From Myxococcota bacterium (lineage in GTDB: Bacteria; Myxococcota_A; Polyangia; Nannocystales; Nannocystaceae), in contig JBCCHT010000034.1 of assembly GCA_039028615.1 (NCBI GenBank), forward strand, positions 80,944 to 144,943: DNA of 64,000 bases, in the 5' to 3' direction. A program made the translations under genes and the position numbers. The notes beneath the pieces are model-generated. The model saw only the letters and a program-made list of their open reading frames with translations, was not told the DNA's origin and ran no database searches. Position 1 is the first letter of the stretch, and the number at the start of each line of letters is the position of its first letter. Of this stretch, positions 45,548-55,002 are shown in pieces.

Positions 45548-48340
45548 CTACTCGTCGTCGTCCGGGGCCGACTGCGTGACGTCGTCGGCACTGCCCTCGT
45601 CGTCACCGCCCGCGTCCGGGGCCTCGATCGCCGCGGGCGGCTCGGGCTCCGACGCCTCGGGCTCCTCCGACGCCTCGCTGCTCGGTGCCTGCTGCACGGC
45701 CGCCGACTGGGCGGGAGAGTCGGCCTCTTCGAAGTCGAAGTGCCAACGACCGCCAAAGCCCAGGCCAATGGTGAGCTTGGGCGGGATGTCGCCCTCGGCC
45801 ATGCGCTCGAGCAGGGCGCGCGACAGGACCGGCATCAAGGAGCCTCGCATCGCGTGGTCCAGCGCGCGGGCGCCCGTCTCCGACTCGGTGCAGCGCGAGA
45901 CCATCTCGGAGATGAGCGAGTCGGCGAAGATCGTCTGCAGGCCGTGGGCCTCTTCGAGGCGCTTGCCCAGCCCGCCGAGCTTGAGCTTGGCGATGTCGGT
46001 GAGGATCTCCGGGTCCATCGGGCGATACGGCACGATGCTCATCCGGGCGAGCAACGCCGGCTTGAAGTGCTTGCTCAGCGACGGCCGCACCGCCTCGAGC
46101 ACGTCGCTGACGGGCGGCTTTTTGCCGTCCTCGTGCAGGCTCATGATGACGTCGGTGGCCAGGTTGCTGGTGAGGATGACGACCGTGTTGCGGAAGTTGA
46201 CGATCCGCCCCTCGCCGTCGCTCAGCATGCCCTTGTCGAAGACCTGATAGAACAGGTTCATGACCTCGAGGTCGGCCTTCTCGCACTCGTCGAGCAGGAC
46301 CACCGAGTAGGGGCGCTTGCGCACCGCCTCGGTGAGCACGCCGCCCTCGCCGTAGCCCACGTAGCCTGGAGGCGAGCCGATGAGCCGCGACACGGTGTGC
46401 TTCTCCTGGAACTCGCTCATGTTGATGGTGACCATCGAGCGCTCGCCACCGTAGAGCAGGTCGGCCAGCGCCAGCGCGGTCTCCGTCTTACCGACACCAC
46501 TGGGGCCGACGAAGAGCATCACCGAGATCGGCGTCTGCGGGTTGCGAACGCCCGCGTGGGACATGCGAATCGACTCGGACACGGCCGCCACCGCGTGGTC
46601 CTGGCCCTTGATCCGCGCCTGGAGGTGCTCCTCGAGGTTGAGCATCAGCTCGATGGAGCTGCTCCGCATCTTGCCCACGGGGATGCCGGTCCAGTCGGCC
46701 ACCACCTGCGCGATGGCGTCGCGATCGACCTCGGCGTGCACCAGCGGCTCCTCGCCTTGCGCCTCGAGCAGCGTGGCCCGGGCCTTCTCGACCGCCGCCT
46801 GCCGCTGCTCGCGGACGTTGTCGGGCGACTCCCGCAGCGCGGCCGTGGCCTCGCGCACGGCCACGATGGCTTCGCGCTCGGCGTTGAGCTTGGTCTCGAC
46901 CGTCTCGATCTCGCCGTCGATCTCGGCGATGCGGGTCCGCAGCTCTTCGACGCGCTCGCGGCTGTCGTCACCCGCGGCGGCATCGGCCAGGTCGCGGGTC
47001 CGGGAGTCGAGCTCGCGCTGGAGGCTGGCCTGCTCGGAGCGCAGGGTGACCAGGGCGGGCGGCGGAGCGTCTTGCTCGATGCGCACGCGGGCGGCCGCCG
47101 TGTCGAGCAGGTCGACCGCCTTGTCCGGCAGCAGGCGCCCCGAGATGTAACGATCCGACAGCTCCACCGCCGCCTCCACGGCCTCGTCGCGGATGACCGT
47201 GTCGTGGGCGTTCTCGTAGGTGGGGCGGATGCCTCGCAGCATCACCGTGGCGTCGGCCACGTTGGGCTCGGCGCAGTTGACCGGCTGGAAGCGGCGCTCG
47301 AGCGCGGCGTCCTTTTCGAAGTACTTCTTGTACTCGGACCAGGTGGTGGCCGCGATGGTGCGGAACTCACCGCGGGCCAGCGCCGGCTTGAGCAGGTTGG
47401 GGATGTCGTTGTCGCCACCGCCCCCGCCGACGATGGTGTGGGCCTCGTCGATGAACACGATGATCGGCGTGGGCGAGCCCTTGACCTCGGCGATGACGCG
47501 CTTGAGGCGGTTTTCCATCTCGCCCCGCACGCCCGCGCCGGCCTTGAGCAGGCCCATGTCCAGGCTGAGCAGCTCGACCTGCTGCAGCTCGGCGGGCACG
47601 TCTTTGGCCACGATGGCTCGGGCCAGGCCCTCGACCAGCGCCGTCTTACCGACACCCGGCTCGCCGACCACGATGGGGTTGTTCTTGCGACGACGCGCGA
47701 GGATGTCGATGACCTGCCGAATCTCGCGGTCGCGACCGAAGATGGGGTCGATCTCGCCCTTCTTGGCCTTGTCGGTGAACGAGATGGTGAAGCGGTCCAG
47801 CGCCTCGCGGCCGGGGGCCGACGCTCCCGTGGGGCCCTGGCCGGGCTCGGAGGGCGGCGCCATCTCGGGCGTCTCCTTCGAGGCGGCCACCATCGCGTCG
47901 AAGGACTTCTTGAACTCGTCGGCGTCGATCTCCTCGATGATCGGGAACTCGTCGGCCGAGTAGCGTCCGGGTCGCTCGATGTACTGCAGCAGCAGGTCGG
48001 CGCCTCGCATCTGCACCGCGCCGCGCTCGAGCGAGGCCGCGACCCACGTGTCCTCGAGCCAGTTGAAGAGCGTCTCGGAGAACACCGGGCGCCCCGCGTT
48101 GCCCGTGCGCAACGACTGGAGGCTCGTCTCGATGGACGTCGCCAGCTTGAGTCGGTCCTTGCGGAAGAAGTGCAGCACGTGCCCGACGTCGCCGTCTTCG
48201 AGCTCGACCAAGCCCAGCAGCAGGTGCTCGACGGTGATCTCGTAGTAGCGACCGCCCGCCGCCCGTTCGACGACGGACTCGAGGATCTTGGTGCAGGTGG
48301 GGTTCAGGCGACGGACGAGGGAGCGAGGATCGGCGCGCAT
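45548..48340 (-). CDS. tssH: T6SS AAA+ ATPase TssH/ClpV
   Basis: IFGRDREIRQVIDILARRRKNNPIVVGEPGVGKT, second NBD GPSGVGKTETA, SRLIGSPPGYVGYGEGG; follows tssG. Confidence 0.95.
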   Translation of the reverse strand: MRADPRSLVRRLNPTCTKILESVVERAAGGRYYEITVEHLLLGLVELEDGDVGHVLHFFRKDRLKLATSIETSLQSLRTGNAGRPVFSETLFNWLEDTWVAASLERGAVQMRGADLLLQYIERPGRYSADEFPIIEEIDADEFKKSFDAMVAASKETPEMAPPSEPGQGPTGASAPGREALDRFTISFTDKAKKGEIDPIFGRDREIRQVIDILARRRKNNPIVVGEPGVGKTALVEGLARAIVAKDVPAELQQVELLSLDMGLLKAGAGVRGEMENRLKRVIAEVKGSPTPIIVFIDEAHTIVGGGGGDNDIPNLLKPALARGEFRTIAATTWSEYKKYFEKDAALERRFQPVNCAEPNVADATVMLRGIRPTYENAHDTVIRDEAVEAAVELSDRYISGRLLPDKAVDLLDTAAARVRIEQDAPPPALVTLRSEQASLQRELDSRTRDLADAAAGDDSRERVEELRTRIAEIDGEIETVETKLNAEREAIVAVREATAALRESPDNVREQRQAAVEKARATLLEAQGEEPLVHAEVDRDAIAQVVADWTGIPVGKMRSSSIELMLNLEEHLQARIKGQDHAVAAVSESIRMSHAGVRNPQTPISVMLFVGPSGVGKTETALALADLLYGGERSMVTINMSEFQEKHTVSRLIGSPPGYVGYGEGGVLTEAVRKRPYSVVLLDECEKADLEVMNLFYQVFDKGMLSDGEGRIVNFRNTVVILTSNLATDVIMSLHEDGKKPPVSDVLEAVRPSLSKHFKPALLARMSIVPYRPMDPEILTDIAKLKLGGLGKRLEEAHGLQTIFADSLISEMVSRCTESETGARALDHAMRGSLMPVLSRALLERMAEGDIPPKLTIGLGFGGRWHFDFEEADSPAQSAAVQQAPSSEASEEPEASEPEPPAAIEAPDAGGDDEGSADDVTQSAPDDDE

Positions 48341-48397
48341 TGATTGACCTCGGGGATGATTCGAGAGGGGGAGAAGAGGATGGGGGGACGGCAGAGC

Positions 48398-49516
48398 CTA
48401 CCGAGCAGCGGAGGCCGAGGGGGCGAGAGACCCAGATCCGACCGCTTTGTGTCGGACCTCGAGCAGCTTGCGGGGCAATGGAACCTTGAGGCTGGTCGTG
48501 GCTTCTTGGCCGCCTCGCGACGAGAGCCACGAATCGAAGCCCATGCGACCGCCTTCCTTCTTGCCCAGGATGAAGGGAGGGCGGTCGACCAGCATGAGTT
48601 CGAGCTCGTACTCGATGGGCTCGGGGGAGAGCACGCCCACGAGCTCGCAGATCACGGGGAACATGTCGCCGTCGGCCAAAAACCGCCGGAAGTTCTCCTT
48701 CAGGGGGCCGATGGAGATGGTGGCCTTGCCCGCGCGATCGAAGACCTCGACGCCCAGCACCGAGCTGATGCCCAGGTTGCTGTTGCTGACGCCCAGCTCG
48801 ATGCGCTGCTCGGGATCGAGCGGTGTCCAGTCCCCCGAGAACTGCAGGACCTCGACCTTGGCGTCGCCGAGCGCCTCGAGGGTGACCTCGCGAACGGCGG
48901 TGGCCATGACCCGCGCCGAGCGAACGCGGGACGACAGCAACGGCGACAGCCGCAGCATCTGGTGACGGGTCAGGTGCTCGAGCCGCCAGTCCTCGTAGGC
49001 ATCGAGGCCGGCCATCGCGAGCAGGCGGTTGGACCACGCATCGTTGGCGTCGCGCTTGTGCTCGCGGGCGAAGTCGTACTTGACCCCGATCCGATACAGC
49101 AGGCTCACCAGGCGGTGATGGAAGATGTCGAGAAAGTCGCGCTTGATCGCCGCGCCGTCGTCGTCCTGGCAGACCTCTTCGGCGATGTACAGCGGCAGCG
49201 GGGTCATGGCCCCCGACACGCCGAGGAACGCGGTCGTGACCTCGAAGCGCTGCCGGGCTTCTTCGAGGCGTTGTTCGCTGGTCCGCGGGATCTCGGCGCG
49301 CGTGATGCCCTCGATTTCACCCGCCTGGAAGATCAGGTCGTGCGCGTGGCGGAAGCGAATGGCCTCCCCGGAGTAGGGGCCCTCTCCTCCGATTCGCACC
49401 GCATCCGAGTTCAGGCGCTCGAGCATGCCGACCGAGACGAAGAAACCATAGGCGCCACTGCGCTCGACCAGGCGGTCTTCGAGGGTGGGCTTGTTGCGAG
49501 AGCGGCGTCGCTCCAT
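48398..49516 (-). CDS. tssG: T6SS baseplate TssG
   Basis: TAFLGVSGAMTPLPLY, RDFLDIFHHRLVSLLYR; position after tssF. Confidence 0.92.
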   Translation of the reverse strand: MERRRSRNKPTLEDRLVERSGAYGFFVSVGMLERLNSDAVRIGGEGPYSGEAIRFRHAHDLIFQAGEIEGITRAEIPRTSEQRLEEARQRFEVTTAFLGVSGAMTPLPLYIAEEVCQDDDGAAIKRDFLDIFHHRLVSLLYRIGVKYDFAREHKRDANDAWSNRLLAMAGLDAYEDWRLEHLTRHQMLRLSPLLSSRVRSARVMATAVREVTLEALGDAKVEVLQFSGDWTPLDPEQRIELGVSNSNLGISSVLGVEVFDRAGKATISIGPLKENFRRFLADGDMFPVICELVGVLSPEPIEYELELMLVDRPPFILGKKEGGRMGFDSWLSSRGGQEATTSLKVPLPRKLLEVRHKAVGSGSLAPSASAAR

Positions 49517-49526
49517 GGCTTCGTCC

Positions 49527-51272
49527 TCAGAGGATCGGCTGGATGCCGCTACGCGCGGGCCAGCGGAACACGGTCTTGGAGGGGTGCAGGCGCACCCGAA
49601 GCTCGTTGAAAGAGTTGAGGGGCGCGTGGTTGGCGAACACCTCGTCCAGCACGCACCCGAACAGGAACGCCTCGCCCTCGGTGCCCAAGCGCGACTCGTC
49701 GAGCTCGATGAGGGTCTGGACCCCGCGAACCGGTGCCCCCTGCATCATGCGCGTGACGGGCGTGGAATCGACGCTGCGGATCGACTCGACCTTCAGCTCG
49801 TTGGCCCGGCCGACGACGGGGCTGGCCGCCTTCTGGAAGTTGTACAGCGACAGCAAGGCCTTGAGCGTCGCGGCGTCGCCGAGGCTCTGCCGATTGATGG
49901 CCAGGTGCGACAGCAGGCGCCAGTGCAGCTCGCCGCCCAGCGGAGGCCGGATGGGCGTGGTGACCGGCGAGATGTTCTTGAACGGCGCCGCGCTCGAAGA
50001 CCCGCGCGGGGTATGGGAAATCTCGCCGAGCTGGAGCTCCGCGGGCAGCGACCGGTTGGTGCAGCGCAGATCGATCGACAGCGTCTCTTCGATCTCCGAA
50101 GGGGCCACGTCGCGCGGCGTAACGAGCGACATGTACATGTCGAGGCCGTCGTCGATCGGCGACGGCGTGGGCCGCAGCGTGTAGTACGACGGCTCGTCGG
50201 GCGAGTTCTTGTCGCCGTGCGAGTAGCCGATGAAGGGCCCGTAGTTGCGCCGCTTGGTCTGCCCCTGTCGGATCCCGATGGCCCCGGTGACCTCGTAGAT
50301 CTCCATGTGCTTCGGGTTCATCCCCGCCGCGCGCAGCAGGTGCTCGTAGACCAGAGGGTCGAGCTTGACCGGGTCGGCCGACACCTCGAACAGGTTGATG
50401 GCCGGCGTGCAGTGCAACCGGAAGTTGTCGGCCGTGATCCGCCCCGACAGCGCGGGCGGACGCTCGAAGGTGAAGCGCAGCTCGATGCCGTCCTCGGTGA
50501 GCTCGCCGACCTTGTGCAGATCGACGATGTCGAGGAAGAGCAGCTTCGCGGGCAGCGTGAAGTACTCCTGGATGAGCCGGTAGCCCGCTTGCGACAGCGT
50601 CGGCCAGGGCAGCAGCGCGTCCTCGTCGTCCCACCCCATCGGGTTGACCACGTCCTTGCCGATCGAGACGTTCTTGCCGCCGTTGCGAATCTCGACGTCG
50701 ATGAGGTAGCGACGCAGCCACAGGTAGAGCGTGGCGCAGATCGACATGTCGCCGTGCAAGAGCACGCGAATGCCCTCGCGCCGCATCACGATCTGACGAC
50801 CGGCTTCGGTCGTCTCGAGCATGAGCTTGACGACCGGCTTGGACGCGGAGGTCTCGTCGAGCTCCGCCCCGACGATCTGCAGGGGCAGCAGCTCGACCTC
50901 CTGCGTGGTCTGAAACTGACACGCCGTGCCCTGCATCGGCGTGCTGGAGACCTTGGCGCCGCGTGGGATCGGCTGCACGCCCCGCAGCGACTTGATCGCC
51001 GGGTTGTACTGGATGATCGACGTCGCCGGGATCTGCCGCAGGAAGTGCGGAAGCAGCAGCTCGGTGATGCCGTGCACGATCGCCGGCACCGAATCATCGA
51101 CCTTCTCCCGGATCCTCCCGGTGAGGAACGCGAAACCTTCGAGGAGTCGCTCGACGTCGGGGTCGCTGCCACGCTCGGCGAGGAGGCCGGCCGTCGAGGG
51201 ATGCACTACGGCAAACTCGCGGCCCATCTCCCGGAGGTACGCAAGCTCGCTCTCGTAGTACTTGGCGCCCAA
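49527..51272 (-). CDS. tssF: T6SS baseplate TssF
   Basis: YYESELAYLREMGREFA..HP, DPDVERLLEGFAFL, LHCTPAINLF, CTNR, WRLLSHL. Confidence 0.95.
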   Translation of the reverse strand: MGAKYYESELAYLREMGREFAVVHPSTAGLLAERGSDPDVERLLEGFAFLTGRIREKVDDSVPAIVHGITELLLPHFLRQIPATSIIQYNPAIKSLRGVQPIPRGAKVSSTPMQGTACQFQTTQEVELLPLQIVGAELDETSASKPVVKLMLETTEAGRQIVMRREGIRVLLHGDMSICATLYLWLRRYLIDVEIRNGGKNVSIGKDVVNPMGWDDEDALLPWPTLSQAGYRLIQEYFTLPAKLLFLDIVDLHKVGELTEDGIELRFTFERPPALSGRITADNFRLHCTPAINLFEVSADPVKLDPLVYEHLLRAAGMNPKHMEIYEVTGAIGIRQGQTKRRNYGPFIGYSHGDKNSPDEPSYYTLRPTPSPIDDGLDMYMSLVTPRDVAPSEIEETLSIDLRCTNRSLPAELQLGEISHTPRGSSSAAPFKNISPVTTPIRPPLGGELHWRLLSHLAINRQSLGDAATLKALLSLYNFQKAASPVVGRANELKVESIRSVDSTPVTRMMQGAPVRGVQTLIELDESRLGTEGEAFLFGCVLDEVFANHAPLNSFNELRVRLHPSKTVFRWPARSGIQPIL

Positions 51273-51279
51273 GGGGTCG

Positions 51280-51666
51280 CTACTCTACCTGGATTCGCCC
51301 CCCTTGGCACATCTCCGTTCGAACGCGAACGAGGCCTCTACGCTTGTCGCCGGCCAGGCGAGCCGACACCTCGAATGCCAACTTCAAGGGGTCTTCATTA
51401 GCAACGAGCCGCACCCTCACATTGCGAAGGCGCGGCTCGTATTCGGCTATCGTGGCCCGAATGCTTCGCTGAACGATCTGCGAAGCACTGGGGAACAGGT
51501 GGACGAGGTCGACGAAATCGACGACCCCGAACCCGCGAGCTGCCATCGCATCTCCGAGGCGCGTGTTCAACAGCACCCGGAGGTTACCAACGATGGAATG
51601 AACTTCGTCGACCGGCCGAGACGGGTCGGACGAAGCCAAACGAGACAGCAGCCCGCGTGCAGCCAT
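51280..51666 (-). CDS. tssE: T6SS baseplate TssE (gp25-like)
   Basis: LRVLLNTR, FGVVDF, IAEYEPRLRNVRV. Confidence 0.9.
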   Translation of the reverse strand: MAARGLLSRLASSDPSRPVDEVHSIVGNLRVLLNTRLGDAMAARGFGVVDFVDLVHLFPSASQIVQRSIRATIAEYEPRLRNVRVRLVANEDPLKLAFEVSARLAGDKRRGLVRVRTEMCQGGRIQVE

Positions 51667-51684
51667 CCGGTCCTACGGATCGGC

Positions 51685-52185
51685 TTACTTCTGGGTCTTC
51701 CAGAAGTCGGAGTGCTCGGTGTTCTCGGTCATGTGGGTCCAGGTGATGTCGTTGAACACCAACTCGACCTCTTCCGTGAACGGACGCGTCGCGCTCTGCC
51801 CGTCGATGGTGTCGGGGCTGATCTGACGAATCGCGCTGATACGACCACCCTTGATGTTGACGTCGTAGAAGTGCTCGATCTCACCCGCGCCGGTGGGCTT
51901 GGGACGGAAGAACGAGAACGTGCCCTCGATCTCCTCGTTGCCGCAAAGGGCCTTCATGAGGAGCGGCGAGGACTTGTCGATGCGCTTCGTGATGGTGATG
52001 GGGCCGAACTGACGACGACCCGTGGCACGGTTGGAGCCGCGCTCGCTGGGAGTCATGGCGCTGTGGCTGTAAGAGACACACTCGATCGAATCGATGAGGC
52101 TCTTGCCGCCCAGCTCCTCCTGAGTCGAAAGACCTTTCAGGTCGTTGGAGTCAGCTTTCAAGAATGCGTGAATGGTTTCCGCCAT
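51685..52185 (-). CDS. hcp: T6SS tube protein Hcp/TssD
   Basis: ATGRRQFGPITITKRIDKSSPLLMKAL, EEVELVFNDITW; ATG at 52185. Confidence 0.95.
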   Translation of the reverse strand: MAETIHAFLKADSNDLKGLSTQEELGGKSLIDSIECVSYSHSAMTPSERGSNRATGRRQFGPITITKRIDKSSPLLMKALCGNEEIEGTFSFFRPKPTGAGEIEHFYDVNIKGGRISAIRQISPDTIDGQSATRPFTEEVELVFNDITWTHMTENTEHSDFWKTQK

Positions 52186-52412
52186 GGGTGGGAAGCTAGC
52201 AGCGGCATGTGGGACCGACAACCACTCTTTTTCCGATCGATGTCGATTTCTTCCGCGTTCTCGTTGGGTTACAGGCGACTACAGTTGCTGCCACCGCCTC
52301 ACTTTCGTGGTGTTCGAGCCCCAGTCGATGTGCCCGGAATGAACCAGGGAACGTGACACCGACCCGACAGCGACCGGCGAACGGCCATCGGGCATGCCTC
52401 TTCCTGCGCTCG

Positions 52413-52428
52413 TCGATCGCGCGATCGA
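52413..52428. promoter_or_regulatory. Perfect 16-bp palindrome in the divergent T6SS promoter region
   Basis: TCGATCGCGCGATCGA within the 354-bp gap between hcp and the FHA-CpaF gene. Confidence 0.35.
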
Positions 52429-52539
52429 TGGCGAAGGCCGACTTCGCGCCTCGATGAAACGCGCATCCGTATCGAGACAGCGGCGAAAAGAGCTTGGAGG
52501 ACGTGGCCTCCCCGGGTCATCCTCGCGAACGCCCCGCCC

Positions 52540-55002
52540 ATGCTTCGGATCACGCTCACCAAAGAAGGCGAATCTCCCCAGGTCAGTACCTTCGACAAGA
52601 GGGAGATCACGGTCGGCCGCACCAACGCCAACGATCTCATGATCGCGGAGCCCGGCGTGTCGAGCCACCACGCGCGCATCCTGTTTACGGGCGATGGCGT
52701 GACGATCATCGACCTCGAGTCGACCAACGGCACCTTCGTCAACGGCGAGCGAATTCGTGGCCCCGCGATGCTCCAGCCGGGCGACGAGGTCTATATCTGC
52801 GCGTTCCAGCTGGACTTCGAGCTCGGGGGCGGGGCCCCCCAAGCGAGTGCCCCGCCCGCGGCCGACGCTCCGCCGATGATGGGACAGCCGCCCGCGATGG
52901 ACGCGGGGCCCCAAATGCTCAGCTCGCCCGCTCCGGTGGAAGCGCCCGAGTACCCCACGCCCGCCGATGCGGGACCGCCTCCGTTGGCCGGGGACGCACC
53001 GCCTCCTCTCGATGCGCCGCCGATGATGGGTGGAGATGCATCGGGCGCGCCGCCTCCCCTCGATGCGCCGCCGATGATGGACGCACCGCCACCGATGGCT
53101 CCGGCGCCCGCGATGCCGCCGATGATGGACGCCGGAGGCGACGCTCCGCCGCCGCTCGGTCCACCGCCGTCGCTCGAGGCTCCGCCGGACCTCGCTCCGC
53201 CCGGGGACCTGCCGCCTCCGCTGACGCCACCGCCCGGTCCGCTCGGCGCACCGCCTCCTGCCGCTCCCGCTCCGGCTGCGCCTGTCCCCGCGGCGCCTGC
53301 CCCCGCCGCACCTGCTCCCGCCGCACCCGCGCCCGCGGGCCCGCCAGGCGATCTGCCGCCGCCTCTGACTCCGCCCGCTCCCGCGTCGCCCCAGCCCGTG
53401 CCGGGCGGCGAAGAAGAGCGATCGTCGCCGTCGATGGTCTCCGGCCAAATCTCCCCGCCGGAGCCGGCCCTACCCGAGACCCCGGCCGGGCTCGCGCCCC
53501 CTCCCGCTGCGCCGGAACCGATGCCCCCCGCACCGAGCCCCGAGCCGCTGCCCCCCGTCTCGGCCCCGCCGACGCCGGAGCCGATGGTGGCTCCGGCCGC
53601 GTCCATGCCCGCGGCAGTCGCACCGAGCCCCGAGCCGGCCACGGCCGCGCCCACGGTCAGCCATGCCCTCGGGATGGCGCCCGCGATGGCACCCGCGCCC
53701 ATGGCTGTCGCCGCGCCGGCTCCTTCTGTGCCGCCTCCGCCGAGCAGCGACCTCTCCGACCTCAAGGGCCCCAACGCCGCGACCGAGGCCTGTGCCCGTG
53801 TGTTCGCGTTGGTCCACTACCACCTCGCGCCAGACGGCTCCTTGCCCCCACGCGACGGCACGACGCGAGCCGAGGCTCGTCGCGAAGCCCAGCGATTGTT
53901 CACCGAGGTCGCCCAGCGGGTCCCCGAGGTGCAGGCGCGACCGTGGGCCAATCGCCTCGCCAACGAGCTGTGCGGGCTCGGAGCCTTGAGCGCACCGCTG
54001 GCCGAACCCGAGGTCGTCGACATCTTCGTCCACGGCCCCGACCGCGTGCTCGTGCACCGCGAAGGACAAGCGCTCACGCCCGGCAATGCGATGTTCTCGT
54101 GCCCCGCGGCGGTCGACGTCGTCGTACGACGGCTGACCCAGCAACCCTTCGGCCCCGACCACCCCATGATCGACGCCCGCACGACGGATGGGGCGGATGT
54201 TCAGGCGATCCACGGCTCGGCCGCGAATCCCGGACCCTTGGTGACGATCCACCGCGATCGCGCGGGGGCCACGGGAGCCGGCTTGGAATCCTTGTTACAG
54301 CGCCGGGCCCTGCCCTCCGGCATGGCCACGCTGCTGCACCACTGCGTGCAGGCGGGGCTCAACATCCTGGTCAGCGGCGGCGCGGGAGCGCGGACTTTTC
54401 CGTGGCTCGCGGCCCTGGCCGCGGAGGCCCCCGAGGGTGAGCGGCAGGTCGTGGTCCGCCCCGGCACCGAGCCCGAGGCGCTGCCCGCCAACGCGGTGGT
54501 GGTCCAGGCTCGCTCCATGCCTCCCGCCGACGGGCTGTCCAGCGCCCAACGAGCCGTGCGCGGAGCCATGGGCCTGGCGCCGGATCGCCTGGTCGCCCAC
54601 GAGGTGAGCGGCGCTGAAGCCAGCGATGTGCTGGCCGCCATGGGCCGAGGACTCCGTGGTGCGGTGGTGTCGGTCCGGGCCGCCACGGCCGATGGCGCGC
54701 TTGCGCGACTCAGTGCGCTGGCCGGCCTGGCCGGTGATGCCCCGGATGCGGCCGCCCGCGCGCGTCACGTGGGCCAGACCGTCGACCTCATCATCGCGCT
54801 GTCGCGCTTTGCCGACGGACACACCCGGGTCACGCAGCTGTCCGAGGTCACCGTTTCGAGCGCGGGATCGGCCCAGGCCGTCGATTTGGTCACCTTCGAC
54901 CCCGCCACGGGTCGCTGGGCCCCCACAGGGGTCTCTCCATCACTGTTTGCACAGCTGCAGCGACGCGGGATCGCGGTCGATGTCAGCCTGCTCAACGAGT
55001 GA
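52540..55002 (+). CDS. FHA domain + ~300-aa Pro-rich linker + CpaF/TadA(VirB11)-like domain with dead ATPase motifs
   Basis: FHA VGRT...VSSHHA...DLESTNGT; GLGALSAPLAEPEVVDIFVHGPDRV, PMIDARTTDG; Walker A SGGAGARTFP; PDRLVAHEVSGAEA; RFADGHTRVTQLSEV. Confidence 0.85.
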   Translation: MLRITLTKEGESPQVSTFDKREITVGRTNANDLMIAEPGVSSHHARILFTGDGVTIIDLESTNGTFVNGERIRGPAMLQPGDEVYICAFQLDFELGGGAPQASAPPAADAPPMMGQPPAMDAGPQMLSSPAPVEAPEYPTPADAGPPPLAGDAPPPLDAPPMMGGDASGAPPPLDAPPMMDAPPPMAPAPAMPPMMDAGGDAPPPLGPPPSLEAPPDLAPPGDLPPPLTPPPGPLGAPPPAAPAPAAPVPAAPAPAAPAPAAPAPAGPPGDLPPPLTPPAPASPQPVPGGEEERSSPSMVSGQISPPEPALPETPAGLAPPPAAPEPMPPAPSPEPLPPVSAPPTPEPMVAPAASMPAAVAPSPEPATAAPTVSHALGMAPAMAPAPMAVAAPAPSVPPPPSSDLSDLKGPNAATEACARVFALVHYHLAPDGSLPPRDGTTRAEARREAQRLFTEVAQRVPEVQARPWANRLANELCGLGALSAPLAEPEVVDIFVHGPDRVLVHREGQALTPGNAMFSCPAAVDVVVRRLTQQPFGPDHPMIDARTTDGADVQAIHGSAANPGPLVTIHRDRAGATGAGLESLLQRRALPSGMATLLHHCVQAGLNILVSGGAGARTFPWLAALAAEAPEGERQVVVRPGTEPEALPANAVVVQARSMPPADGLSSAQRAVRGAMGLAPDRLVAHEVSGAEASDVLAAMGRGLRGAVVSVRAATADGALARLSALAGLAGDAPDAAARARHVGQTVDLIIALSRFADGHTRVTQLSEVTVSSAGSAQAVDLVTFDPATGRWAPTGVSPSLFAQLQRRGIAVDVSLLNE

